Part shown: positions 10,224 through 20,003 of the stretch, piece after piece
How the letters are laid out: every line of letters begins with the position of its first letter
Position numbering within the stretch: the stretch's first letter is position 1
Assembly (NCBI GenBank): GCA_963932905.1
Contig: CAWVRN010000002.1
Location: forward strand, 280,779-344,778
Origin: an uncultured Bdellovibrio sp.
GTDB taxonomy: Bacteria > Bdellovibrionota > Bdellovibrionia > Bdellovibrionales > Bdellovibrionaceae
Direction of reading: 5' to 3'
Length of the DNA stretch: 64,000 nucleotides
Translations under genes and position numbers: made by a program
The notes under the pieces: model-generated
The model's input: only the letters and a program-made list of their open reading frames with translations
Database searches by the model: none
Told to the model about the DNA's origin: nothing

Positions 10224-10295
10224 TACAACAATAAAGCGAATACCTCCGGTGCGCTGGAGGTATTACGATGCCTCATAGAGGCCCCTCTATAAAGC

Positions 10296-10328
10296 AAAAA
10301 CCCCGTAAACCTTGCGGCCTACGGGGTT
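10296..10328 (-). terminator. Rho-independent terminator downstream of the DsbA-like gene
   Basis: AACCCCGTA...TACGGGGTT stem followed on the minus strand by a T-run; 35 bp past the stop codon. Confidence 0.7.
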
Positions 10329-10363
10329 CCCCCTCAGAATCAATACTTATAGTTTATAAAGAA

Positions 10364-11143
10364 TTATTTCTTAGCTAAATGTTTATCAATAACATCTTTG
10401 AATTCATTAAATGGAAGTGCTCCACGCAATGAAATGCCGTTGATCACGAAACCTGGAGTTCCACGGATTCCGAATTTTTGAGCTTCTTCCATGTCGGCTT
10501 GGATACGTTTAGAGATTTTTTCATCCTTCAAGTCTTTTTCTAATTTAGCCATGTTGGCGCCAACGTCTTTAGCTGCTTTTTTCAAGAAGCCTTCTTTTCC
10601 TGATTTAAGTTCACCTTGGTTTTCGAAAACTTTATCGTGGAATTTTTCAGCTTTAGCATGATCTTGCATAGCGATGGCTTCGTAATAACGAGCCGCTGGT
10701 TCTGCCATTGGATGGAAATCTAAAGGTAAATGTTTGAATAGTACGCGAACTTTATCGCCATATTCGGCTTTAACTTGTTTTACTGTTTGATAACCGCGAG
10801 AGCAGTATGGGCACTCAAAATCAGAGTATTCAACGATAGTCACAGGAGCGTCTTTTTTACCAAAGATCACGCGTGATTCATCGATTTCTGGCTTAAGTGG
10901 GTTAGCGTATTCAGCATCACGCTGATTTTTTTCCTCATTGGCCATTTTCTCTTGTTGTTTTTTCTGAGCTTCCTGAGCCGCTTTGTTTACGACTTCGATG
11001 AATTTTTCAGGATCTTTCTCAATCGCTACGAACATGATTGATGGATCTTTCTCAACAGCTTCTTTAAGTTGTTTTGCAGATGGAGCACACTGTACTAATA
11101 CAAACGCGCCGGCAACCAAAACTAGTTTCATTAAATTTCTCAA
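10364..11143 (-). CDS. DsbA/BdbD-family thiol:disulfide oxidoreductase (lipoprotein)
   Basis: EYSDFECPYC active site, GTPGF cis-Pro loop, lipobox-like LVQC; GGAGG SD before TTG at 11143. Confidence 0.88.
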   Translation of the reverse strand: MRNLMKLVLVAGAFVLVQCAPSAKQLKEAVEKDPSIMFVAIEKDPEKFIEVVNKAAQEAQKKQQEKMANEEKNQRDAEYANPLKPEIDESRVIFGKKDAPVTIVEYSDFECPYCSRGYQTVKQVKAEYGDKVRVLFKHLPLDFHPMAEPAARYYEAIAMQDHAKAEKFHDKVFENQGELKSGKEGFLKKAAKDVGANMAKLEKDLKDEKISKRIQADMEEAQKFGIRGTPGFVINGISLRGALPFNEFKDVIDKHLAKK

Positions 11144-11273
11144 ATTATCCTCCGATTTAGATGAACTTTTCATTCAAAATAGTTTTGCATCTTTCACTTT
11201 AATTAGGAATCAAAAAGACTTGAATCGTTGCGCCAAACTTTCAGGTCCAAAGTCGTTACTCCAAAACTATACT

Positions 11274-11300
11274 TAAATTTATCGATCAAGCTGCCGACGA
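11274..11300 (+). promoter_or_regulatory. Putative sigma28 (FliA) promoter
   Basis: TAAA-N15-GCCGACGA, 47 bp upstream of ORF 11348. Confidence 0.55.
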
Positions 11301-11347
11301 GTCAGTGTTAACCCTAGGCAATCAACAAGAACAACCGGGAAAGATCT

Positions 11348-11998
11348 ATGAGAGTATTTTTTGTAACCATAATATTGTCACTGAACCTACATGCTGGACT
11401 TTTGTATACCTACAATCAACTTACAGTAAAAGATTTGGATCAAATGAACACGCTAGTTAAGAACAAACTTAAAGAATCTAAAAGCGCTGATGCTGGCAAA
11501 GTTGTTCCTATCAAAGAAGGTCTGCAGGCCGTTTTTAGTCGTCCGAACGGTGATGATATGATCGAAAAAATTTCTCCGCCATTAAGAGCAGTATTGGAAC
11601 AGGAAGATGCAACTGAGAAAGTATTTTCTGATCTTGTGACCGAGGCAACGAATGCACTAACGAACACTAAAAACTTTAAAAAAGAAGTTCAAGTTACCTA
11701 CGCTATTTTTCTAGAGAATATCATATCTGAATTTAAGCCAAATTTGAAGAAAGAGGCGTTCGAATACAAAATCATTAAAAAAATTGCGGATGCGGAAATC
11801 GAGTTAACTAAAGACGCTCAGAAAGATCGCAAACTAAGACTGATGCAAGAAAGTGCTTCACCGAGTGCAATTGCTAAAAAAGTATTGGCAGATTTTGAAG
11901 AAAAATTAAAAGCACCTCCGGTCGTACCGGATGAAAATGCACCAATGCCAGCAGCCGGGGAAGATGAAGCTAAAAACAAAGAAGCGGCACCACAATGA
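11348..11998 (+). CDS. Secreted hypothetical protein (helical)
   Basis: Signal peptide, 216-aa ORF, overlaps the next gene (ATGA). Confidence 0.7.
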   Translation: MRVFFVTIILSLNLHAGLLYTYNQLTVKDLDQMNTLVKNKLKESKSADAGKVVPIKEGLQAVFSRPNGDDMIEKISPPLRAVLEQEDATEKVFSDLVTEATNALTNTKNFKKEVQVTYAIFLENIISEFKPNLKKEAFEYKIIKKIADAEIELTKDAQKDRKLRLMQESASPSAIAKKVLADFEEKLKAPPVVPDENAPMPAAGEDEAKNKEAAPQ

Positions 11999-12984
11999 AT
12001 AAAATATTTTTATTTTTATTCAGTGTAGTGGTATTGGCTCAAACGCCGGTTTTAACTCCGGCATCAGCGCTTTCTGTGCAAGAGACAGAAACTCCGTTGA
12101 ATTATAATACTTTTCTATTGAGCGTGATGGGGGCATCGGAATCTATAGTTGGATTCAATAATTCGATAGCTCCGACGGCGGTGCTTTGCAAAGAGATACC
12201 CCGCCCTGAAAAAGTAGAATCAAGAGTCAAAGTCGAAGGCGAGCAAAAGTCTAGCTCTGTAGATGAAGCAAATTTCAACTTCCGATCGGATGGAAATCCA
12301 AATAAATCGAAAATTTTATCGCAAACCTGTACGACAGACCAATTTGAAATTTTAGAAAAATGCTATCCACCTTTAGCGGATAAAATTAAACGCCGTGAAA
12401 TTAGTTTCAATGATATTCAAAAAATGCCTAATGAAGGATTTCGTATTCGTGGCTATGGAAAATCAATTGAAAACAGTCGTTCTTGGGAATTTCACCATGA
12501 AAATCGGGCTAAGCAAGACATCGGTGTGACTGTATTTGATGGTTATAATTTTGGCAAAGGAACCGTTTCTGCGTCTGAATTGATGTTTTTCCCACGTAAA
12601 CAAATTCAGCATTATACAAAATCGGATAGTGCCATCGAAGTCACTTTGTCAAATGGCGAGAAAATGAAATTCAATTCGAAGACAGGTGCTGTTGAATCTG
12701 GTGTAGTGACCGAATCTAGATACGCTAAGGGTAGCAAGCCCAAGTTTACCTACGAAGGTACGGGTGTCATGATTCAAATGGAAGGCAGAGAAGGCAATGG
12801 ACGCAGTTTTGTTGAAACTGCGAAAAACGCAGTGATTACAAAAAAAGGTTTCAAACCCTGCATCGTTTCAGCTTCTGAACTTTGGCCCAATCGAAATTCA
12901 GAACGCGCAAATAATTTCAGATTCGCTACTGATGAAAGTCTGGATGCTTGGTTGAAGCAATCCAAATGCGGTTTCAGTTTATAG
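11995..12984 (+). CDS. Secreted hypothetical protein
   Basis: Signal peptide, 329 aa, several Cys; no family recognised. Confidence 0.7.
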   Translation: MNKIFLFLFSVVVLAQTPVLTPASALSVQETETPLNYNTFLLSVMGASESIVGFNNSIAPTAVLCKEIPRPEKVESRVKVEGEQKSSSVDEANFNFRSDGNPNKSKILSQTCTTDQFEILEKCYPPLADKIKRREISFNDIQKMPNEGFRIRGYGKSIENSRSWEFHHENRAKQDIGVTVFDGYNFGKGTVSASELMFFPRKQIQHYTKSDSAIEVTLSNGEKMKFNSKTGAVESGVVTESRYAKGSKPKFTYEGTGVMIQMEGREGNGRSFVETAKNAVITKKGFKPCIVSASELWPNRNSERANNFRFATDESLDAWLKQSKCGFSL

Positions 12985-13013
12985 TTTTGATTTTTTTTCA
13001 GTCTCATTTTGAC

Positions 13014-13040
13014 TCAAGTTTTTTTTTGAAAATCCGATCT
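13014..13040 (+). promoter_or_regulatory. Putative sigma28 (FliA) promoter
   Basis: TCAA-N15-TCCGATCT upstream of the 13128-14982 operon. Confidence 0.4.
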
Positions 13041-13127
13041 GTGATGTAAGCAAGAAATTTGCGCTGAAGGAATCAGCGACAGTTTCTAAGAATCACTAAA
13101 TCCTTTGAAAGGAGTTCGGGGGTAATT

Positions 13128-13406
13128 ATGTTTTTACAAGGTAACCTACAAAACGTTTTTGATGCACTTTACACACTTGGCGCTATCGATCCTGTTCTTA
13201 AGAAAGATTGGAAGCAAATGACGAGTGAATTCGAAAACCATATGGATTCTGTTTACACCGGTTTTAAATTAATTAATTCATGTTCACATGACTTCAATGT
13301 TTTGCTTCAAGAGATGGGCAAAATGGATGAAAAAATATTACAGTACTTAGCCATGGAGGTAGCTCGTGAATTCTGTGAGTATCAAGATCGTTCGAATCTT
13401 CACTAG
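13128..13406 (+). CDS. Small conserved-looking hypothetical protein
   Basis: 92-aa ORF with a G-rich SD; first gene of an apparent operon with tadA. Confidence 0.65.
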   Translation: MFLQGNLQNVFDALYTLGAIDPVLKKDWKQMTSEFENHMDSVYTGFKLINSCSHDFNVLLQEMGKMDEKILQYLAMEVAREFCEYQDRSNLH

Positions 13407-13872
13407 TGCTTTAGTCTTCTTTGGCACGATCAATGTCAAAGCTTGGGAAATCGATATGTCTCGAAGACAGCTTGAATTTTCTGAAGTGAAAGAAGTCGAT
13501 CAGTCAGCGAAAAATTTAAACACGACAGAAACGACAAGTGTATTTGAATCTATGTTCGAGTCGACGGGTGCAACTCAAGATATCGTTATCTTGAATACTG
13601 AAAAAGGTTTTGTGCCGGAAACAATTACGCTTAGAAAAAACAATGTGTATCGTTTTCATGTTGTGAATGTGAACGAGAAAAATAAAAATATTAGCTTTAA
13701 GTTTGATGCTTTCGCAGAAAACCATAATACGATTTTTGGTAAACCCAAAGTTTTCCAAGTTCAACCCAAACAAGATGGCATTTTTAGTTTCCACTGTCCC
13801 GAGACAGAACTAAAAGGCAAAGTCGTAATTATTAATTCTGACAGTCGAGGCCTCGCAACTAGCGGAAAGTAA
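13366..13872 (+). CDS. Exported cupredoxin-fold protein
   Basis: GFVPETITL.K, F...P...G.FSFHCP...KG.VV pattern; signal peptide. Confidence 0.7.
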   Translation: MNSVSIKIVRIFTSALVFFGTINVKAWEIDMSRRQLEFSEVKEVDQSAKNLNTTETTSVFESMFESTGATQDIVILNTEKGFVPETITLRKNNVYRFHVVNVNEKNKNISFKFDAFAENHNTIFGKPKVFQVQPKQDGIFSFHCPETELKGKVVIINSDSRGLATSGK

Positions 13873-13881
13873 GGAAAAACT

Positions 13882-14982
13882 GTGTCAACCATTAGCAGCG
13901 TTTTCGATGATGCAATTAAACAGAACATGTCCGTTATATGGCCGTTCATGGAAGATCCGCAAGTGTCGGAAATATTAATCAACGGTCCTGAAGAAATTTT
14001 CGTGGAAAAAAAAGGAAAACTAGAACGTGTTCCTGCGCGTTTTCAGGATGACGATGTGTTGTTAGCTGCGGTTAATTCCATTGCTCAAAGTGTTGGTCGT
14101 CGTATCAACGAAGAAAATCCCAGATTAGATGCTCGTTTAAAAAATGGCTCGCGTATAGCGGCCGTAATTAAACCGTGTTCACTCAAAGGCACGATTGTCA
14201 GTATTCGTAAATTCACTCAAGCTAAAATTTCTTGGAACGACTATGTGAAGCTAGCTTTGTCACCCAAAGGTGCATTGTTTCTAGCGATCTGCATGCGTTT
14301 GGGAAAAAATATTATCGTCAGTGGTGGAACTGGATCAGGAAAAACAACATTGCTCACTTTGCTATGCGGTCACATTCCCCCAGGTCAACGTATTATCTGT
14401 ATTGAAGATTCGAATGAATTAAAAATTAACTATGAACACGTCGTTTTCTTTGAAACTCGCCAGGCCGATGCTCAAGGCAAAGGTGAAGTTTCGATGAAGG
14501 ATCTGTTAAAATCATCACTGCGTTTGCGACCAGATCGCATTATCGTGGGTGAGGTTCGTGCATCTGAAGCGATCGAGTTGATCAACGCCATGAACACTGG
14601 CCACAAAGGTTGCATGGGAACTGTGCATGCGAACACTCCCGATGACGCTATCATCCGTTTGGAAGCCCTTGCTCAAAGCGGCGAGGCGCAAATCAGCGAG
14701 AAGGCACTGCGTTCGCAAGTGTCATCTGCGGTCGACATCATCGTCCAGGTGAGCCGCTTGTCTGACGGTTCTCGCCGAGTGACTGAGATCAGCCAAGTGC
14801 GTGGTTTTTTGCCAGATGGATCTTATAACGTAGTGCCATTGTTCAAGATTCCGCGTCTTGTTAAGAAGGGCGACAAGCTGGAAGGGACGCTGGAACCGAC
14901 CCAAAATAAGCCCTCTTTCTTTGGTGAGATTGTCGACAACAACCTGTTATTCGATAAAGATCTATTCGTGCCTACCAAATAG
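13882..14982 (+). CDS. CpaF/TadA-family secretion/pilus ATPase
   Basis: VSEILINGP, LDARL.NGSR, Walker A GGTGSGKTT, LRLRPDRIIVGEVR, NTGH.G...TVHAN. Confidence 0.92.
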   Translation: MSTISSVFDDAIKQNMSVIWPFMEDPQVSEILINGPEEIFVEKKGKLERVPARFQDDDVLLAAVNSIAQSVGRRINEENPRLDARLKNGSRIAAVIKPCSLKGTIVSIRKFTQAKISWNDYVKLALSPKGALFLAICMRLGKNIIVSGGTGSGKTTLLTLLCGHIPPGQRIICIEDSNELKINYEHVVFFETRQADAQGKGEVSMKDLLKSSLRLRPDRIIVGEVRASEAIELINAMNTGHKGCMGTVHANTPDDAIIRLEALAQSGEAQISEKALRSQVSSAVDIIVQVSRLSDGSRRVTEISQVRGFLPDGSYNVVPLFKIPRLVKKGDKLEGTLEPTQNKPSFFGEIVDNNLLFDKDLFVPTK

Positions 14983-15064
14983 GCTGTATTTGAATTGCGT
15001 TAAGAAGATAGAAAATTTAAGAAATCCTATAGACTTAGCCTAGGTCGGCAGATTAAATACCCGT

Positions 15065-16036
15065 GTGTTATTTAGCTGTAAAATATCCAATGCATTTATT
15101 AAATATCTCGAGAACAGAAATGAAGATTTATCTTTCGTTTATGATTCTTCGGATTTTCCGATCGATCTTTTGCAAGATCCATCAGCTTGGATGTCAGCGC
15201 CTGATTTAGAATTCCTAATTTCTAAAATCGTAAATCAGCCGTTCAAAGAACGAACAATGGATTTAGTCAAAGACGTTGGTCACCAAACGCCAAACTTGCA
15301 TGCGTGGGGGGTTTTAGACAGCGTTTTGAAAATGATTTCGCATCCTCGTGAAGTATTTAATCAGCCCGATCGTTTTATTTCTTATTTCATTTCGCCCGAG
15401 CCACCGATTGAAAATCTGGTTCGCACGAGTCATTCGATTGCATTTGATTTGCCGCTCATTGCTGAGCAATATCCACTTGTTTCAAAATACTTGATGTCCG
15501 CGTTTGAGGCGTTGCCTTTATACACAGGCAAATCATTGGGGCAGTGCTCGTGGCAGCATATTCATGTTAAAATCAACTGGCCAAGTGAAAGTGAAACGCT
15601 AGTTAAGAGCGATGCTCAGGCTGCGCACTTAAGCCCAACGTTCTTACAAAATATCATCGAAGAGCTTCAAACGAATCAGAAAAACTTAGAAGAAAAAAAT
15701 CGCGAGTTGATGCAAAAGAACGTGCAACTTCTATCTGCGCAGAAAGAACTGAATAAAAACAATCCCGTATCTGCGACTGACATCGAACAAATTCAATTAA
15801 AAATATACGTCAATAATGATTTAGATTTAAATCAAATTAGCCAGAACTTGGCTCGCTTACATGACTACATGGTGCGTGCTCAGCAGTTAATCACAATGTT
15901 AACTGGCCAAATTAAAATGAATTCTGGAATCAAAGAAATCATGAGAAGGATTGATTGGGATCACGTAAAATCACAATACCCAGTTACGATCTTGGAAAGT
16001 ATGGAAGCCTTAAGGAAACTACAAAAGAAAAATTAA
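15065..16036 (+). CDS. Hypothetical cytoplasmic protein (possible ligand-binding N-domain plus coiled coil)
   Basis: 323-aa ORF immediately upstream of eno; heptad-rich EELQTNQKNLEEKNRELMQKN segment. Confidence 0.65.
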   Translation: MLFSCKISNAFIKYLENRNEDLSFVYDSSDFPIDLLQDPSAWMSAPDLEFLISKIVNQPFKERTMDLVKDVGHQTPNLHAWGVLDSVLKMISHPREVFNQPDRFISYFISPEPPIENLVRTSHSIAFDLPLIAEQYPLVSKYLMSAFEALPLYTGKSLGQCSWQHIHVKINWPSESETLVKSDAQAAHLSPTFLQNIIEELQTNQKNLEEKNRELMQKNVQLLSAQKELNKNNPVSATDIEQIQLKIYVNNDLDLNQISQNLARLHDYMVRAQQLITMLTGQIKMNSGIKEIMRRIDWDHVKSQYPVTILESMEALRKLQKKN

Positions 16037-16048
16037 TTAGGAGAGCAA

Positions 16049-17320
16049 ATGCCAGTAATTAAAAATGTACATGCCCGAGAAATTCTAGACAGTCGTGGTA
16101 ATCCAACTGTTGAAGTGGAAGTGACCACAGAAAACGGATTTATTGCCCGCGCCGCTGTTCCATCAGGTGCTTCGACAGGTGCCCATGAAGCGTGTGAACT
16201 TCGCGATGGCGAAAAAAATCGCTATCAAGGTAAAGGCGTATTGAAAGCCGTGGCTCATGTGAAAGAAAGAATCGCTCCCGAATTACTTGGCCTTCACGTT
16301 GATGATCAAGTTTACCTAGATAAATTTTTAAGAGAATTAGATGGCACTGAAAACAAAACAAACTTAGGCGCGAACGCGATTCTTGGGGTTTCGTTGGCGG
16401 TGGCGCGTGCGGCGGCGATGGAACATGGCATGCCTTTGTATCGCTACATCGGTGGATCACAATCACATAAATTACCTGTGCCTTTGATGAACGTATTGAA
16501 CGGTGGGGCCCACGCCAATAACGGTCTTGATATTCAGGAATTTATGATCGTTCCAACCGTAAAAAATTCGTTTTCTGAATCAGTTCGCGCAGGCTCTGAA
16601 ATTTTCCACACACTAAAAAAAATCTTAAGCAAAAAAGGACTTTCAACCGCAGTTGGTGACGAAGGTGGTTTTGCTCCGGTGTTAAAATCAAATCAAGAAG
16701 CAATGGATTTACTGACAGAGGCAATTTTAGAGGCAGGTTACGAGCCAGGACAAAATGTTTTCCTAGCACTGGATGTGGCGGCTACTGAAATGTACTCAGA
16801 TGGCAAATACAAATGGGAAAAGAATTTGATTTCTGCGTCTGAGTTGCAAAATATTTACAAATCTTGGTCAGAAAAATATCCGTTGATCAGTATTGAAGAT
16901 GGTTTCAGCGAAGACGATTGGTCGTCATGGCAAGCCAGCACTCAACAATTGGGTTCAACATTACAACTTGTTGGTGATGATTTGTTCGTAACTAATCCAA
17001 AACGTTTGAAGCAAGGTATTGAAAAGAAAACGGCAAATGCATTGCTTGTAAAAGTAAATCAAATCGGAACATTGACTGAAACATCGGAAGCAATTCAGTT
17101 AGCTCAGAGAAATAAATATAAAACAGTAATGTCACACAGAAGTGGTGAAACAGAAGATTCAATCATCGCGGATTTGGCAGTTGCATTTAACTGTCACCAA
17201 ATTAAAACAGGAAGTTTGTGCCGCTCTGATAGAACGGCCAAGTACAATCAACTCCTAAGAATCGAAGAGGAATTAGGAGAAGCGGGTTGGTACTGGGACA
17301 AACTCGCTTTCTCAAAGTAA
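16049..17320 (+). CDS. eno: Enolase
   Basis: [40 protein letters not shown]. Confidence 0.98.
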   Translation: MPVIKNVHAREILDSRGNPTVEVEVTTENGFIARAAVPSGASTGAHEACELRDGEKNRYQGKGVLKAVAHVKERIAPELLGLHVDDQVYLDKFLRELDGTENKTNLGANAILGVSLAVARAAAMEHGMPLYRYIGGSQSHKLPVPLMNVLNGGAHANNGLDIQEFMIVPTVKNSFSESVRAGSEIFHTLKKILSKKGLSTAVGDEGGFAPVLKSNQEAMDLLTEAILEAGYEPGQNVFLALDVAATEMYSDGKYKWEKNLISASELQNIYKSWSEKYPLISIEDGFSEDDWSSWQASTQQLGSTLQLVGDDLFVTNPKRLKQGIEKKTANALLVKVNQIGTLTETSEAIQLAQRNKYKTVMSHRSGETEDSIIADLAVAFNCHQIKTGSLCRSDRTAKYNQLLRIEEELGEAGWYWDKLAFSK

Positions 17321-17330
17321 TTTAAACTGA

Positions 17331-17747
17331 CTACCAGATTTCCAGCGCGTCAATTCCAACATTGCTCAGCGCTGGAAGTTTTTTGTTGATAGGGCTGCAT
17401 AAGCGACGTTTGTGAAAGAATTCACCTAACGAATGATATTTAACTGGTTCAGCTCGGAACCATCCATTTAATTGAAATTTCGCCACTTCACCTCTATCAA
17501 AAGCAAAACCACGGTATTGATTTAAGCGATAGCCACGTTTGCCAGCACACGGATTTTTCACATACGTCACTTTGCCAGATGAATATATTTTTTGAATGTT
17601 CATCGCAAGGTTATCTAACGCTTGTTGGTTTTGTATTTCCTGTTGTGATTGAATAGCCTCTGTAGAGAGTTTTTCAGCTCCATCCACTTCCGTTGCAAAA
17701 ACGCCAGCTGAAAATACTAAGATAGATAAGATCAGTTTTGCAGTCAT
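17331..17747 (-). CDS. Secreted hypothetical protein
   Basis: Signal peptide, 138 aa, AAGGA SD. Confidence 0.6.
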   Translation of the reverse strand: MTAKLILSILVFSAGVFATEVDGAEKLSTEAIQSQQEIQNQQALDNLAMNIQKIYSSGKVTYVKNPCAGKRGYRLNQYRGFAFDRGEVAKFQLNGWFRAEPVKYHSLGEFFHKRRLCSPINKKLPALSNVGIDALEIW

Positions 17748-17933
17748 ATTAGGTCCTTTTGTTTTAGATCTTCTTATTCAGGATTTGACGGTGCAAAAAC
17801 TAAACCTGGTGTCCGCTTCAAATGGTTGGGATTCCAGGTAGTTTCCAAGCCAAAAGGGTCACTTTTCTTGTCTAAAAATTAGTCGATGCAATAAATTCGA
17901 AACTCTGCGATACATCAAGCGTGAGGGGGGGAT

Positions 17934-18659
17934 ATGAGATTCAAATCAGTATTAGTTTTTGCGGTGATATTCTTCGTTGGTTATAGCGCGCTAGCAGACT
18001 ATCAATGGGGCTTTGCCGATATGAGCTTGAATTACCTAGATTGGGATAATGGCACAGAAACTAAATCAACAAAAACTGACTTCACGTACTTGGAATTGGA
18101 AGGCGGTGCCCAACATACCTGGGGTGACCTCTATGGATTTTTCGATATTGAAAATGTGGGCAAAACGGGCGGCGATGTTCGTACTGCTTCTAAAGCCTCT
18201 ATAAATTTTTATCTGGGTGGTACTAAGTTTGGTTTGTATGCGCATCAATACACATTCAGTTCTTTAGGTTTCAGTGAACAAAACCGAGTGATTGGTTTTG
18301 GCTATGTATGGTCAGGTAATGGATGGTGGTTTAAGCCCTTCCTTGGCTTTCACGATGTTTCTCAAACATTTTATAGCGGTAGCAATGGCTACATGGGTGG
18401 TTGGGTTATGGGGTATAATTTTGAAGTTTTTGGGCAAAAGTTTTTCTTTGCTGACTGGCATGAGATCGAATTTGAACGTGATGTTCGCTATGCCGCCGGC
18501 AATGGTGGCAGTCGCCAAGGCACGAACGGTGCTTTATCGATTTGGTGGGCTTATAACGTGAATATTTCAGTTGGGCAGCAGTGGCGCTATGCCGCGAATA
18601 AATTGGGGACTGCGGGTGATATGACGGCTTGGATTTCTACTTTGAAATGGAACTACTAA
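17934..18659 (+). CDS. OmpK/Tsx-family nucleoside-specific outer-membrane channel
   Basis: YLELEGGA...WGDLYGFFD motif, NGYM.GW..GY.F, C-terminal aromatic residue; signal peptide. Confidence 0.75.
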   Translation: MRFKSVLVFAVIFFVGYSALADYQWGFADMSLNYLDWDNGTETKSTKTDFTYLELEGGAQHTWGDLYGFFDIENVGKTGGDVRTASKASINFYLGGTKFGLYAHQYTFSSLGFSEQNRVIGFGYVWSGNGWWFKPFLGFHDVSQTFYSGSNGYMGGWVMGYNFEVFGQKFFFADWHEIEFERDVRYAAGNGGSRQGTNGALSIWWAYNVNISVGQQWRYAANKLGTAGDMTAWISTLKWNY

Positions 18660-18696
18660 CCCCCGTTTTTTAATTCAGGTTAGGGGTACTTATTTT

Positions 18697-19473
18697 CTAA
18701 TGAGTTAGCAATGATAGCGAAAACAAAGTGGCTGGCCAGGCGGTTAGCCAGATCCAGAAGAAGCGGTTTAGGCCGAAACAGAAATAGACGGCTAGGTGGA
18801 AAACTACTGCGAGTGCGAAATAGAGTTGGCTGGCGTTGGGTGCGAATAATAGCCCGAGTACAGAGAGTTCGAAAATTAAAGTTCCGATTCCAAGGGTAAG
18901 GTTAATGGCTTTTTGATTGGCTAGCTGTGCGGCTGTATTTTGAATGTCTGGGAATAGACTTCTTGATAGAAATGCGGGGATCGCTTGGCCGTTTTGCCAT
19001 TCTTTGTGTTTTATTTTTGCTAGGCCGGCTTTGAAATAGGAATACAAAGTGTGGGTAGCTATATAGATCAATCCTATTTTTGTGAATCCTAGGGTGGCTA
19101 CTATGGTGCCGGTCAGTACTACAAATGTCATCATGTCGCTGCCACCGTTAAAGGCGCCTCGGAAACGAATGCAGATGAGTAAGTGAGTTAAAAATAGCCC
19201 GGTAAATATCGCTGCATGTGGATATAGGGTAGCGGTGCAGGCAAGTAGTATCTGTAGAATCGCTATTTTTTGCAGCGATGATATGGAAAATAGGTTTTCA
19301 ACCCATTTTTTTTTCAAAGGCAAACCCTGTTCTAAATCGCATCGTAGGTTATTATAACTCCACACGTATCGAAAATTGGTTTGCCTTGATAGAATAAAAA
19401 TTTCGATCGCTTGAAATAGCATCGTGAATGACAGTAGGCGAGTTGTGATTAATAAACTTGCTTCTAATGTCAT
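18697..19473 (-). CDS. HTTM-domain membrane protein (SdpB/VKGC-like)
   Basis: Multi-TM; R...NGGSDMM, YFKAGLAK....W..G.A, FE, FH....GL..F motifs. Confidence 0.7.
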   Translation of the reverse strand: MTLEASLLITTRLLSFTMLFQAIEIFILSRQTNFRYVWSYNNLRCDLEQGLPLKKKWVENLFSISSLQKIAILQILLACTATLYPHAAIFTGLFLTHLLICIRFRGAFNGGSDMMTFVVLTGTIVATLGFTKIGLIYIATHTLYSYFKAGLAKIKHKEWQNGQAIPAFLSRSLFPDIQNTAAQLANQKAINLTLGIGTLIFELSVLGLLFAPNASQLYFALAVVFHLAVYFCFGLNRFFWIWLTAWPATLFSLSLLTH

Positions 19474-19946
19474 GCGATCGCCAGTGGTAATTTTTCTGAC
19501 GTGTAAATATCTATTTCCTCATTTGGATTTTGAGCGACAATTTTAAATTGGAATTCGTTGTGGTGCGGAATTTCGTGTTTTAGTTTCACCCGCAGTAATG
19601 AACATAATAGTTGGAATGTCGTTAAGTTTTCCAAATCAGATTTTTCAAAATTAGGTTTATGCAATTGCAATTCTTGAATGTCGCGGGCAAATTGTTCGAC
19701 GACACTGGACTGCATAAGTGTGTCATTCACTTGGTGATTAAAAAATAAGCGTGATGATTTACGGGATTGGGTGAATGATAACTTTTTCCATTCCGTGTCT
19801 AGAGACATCTTAAAATAAACGACAAAAGAAAACGCAATTTGATCAAAGAAATCCCATCTTGGAAATAAGCTGCGGATTAAGCTTAAGAAAATTGAAAACC
19901 GAAACGGCATGGTCCTAAGAATCGCACCGATTGCTTTTAAAAGCAT
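19470..19946 (-). CDS. Hypothetical partner of the HTTM protein (SdpA/DUF5819-like)
   Basis: LFPRWDFF motif; 4-bp overlap with the HTTM gene. Confidence 0.5.
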   Translation of the reverse strand: MLLKAIGAILRTMPFRFSIFLSLIRSLFPRWDFFDQIAFSFVVYFKMSLDTEWKKLSFTQSRKSSRLFFNHQVNDTLMQSSVVEQFARDIQELQLHKPNFEKSDLENLTTFQLLCSLLRVKLKHEIPHHNEFQFKIVAQNPNEEIDIYTSEKLPLAIA

Positions 19947-20003
19947 CAGGCTTAGGTCGAGTCTGAATATTTTTTTTCAATTAATCAGCGTAAACTAACA
20001 ACT

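Noticed and set aside
17792..17808. Sigma54-like site CAGGTTTAGTTTTTGCA upstream of ORF 17747
   Set aside because: Spacing is correct but the -24 element (AGGTTT) is a poor match to TGGCAC; insufficient support.
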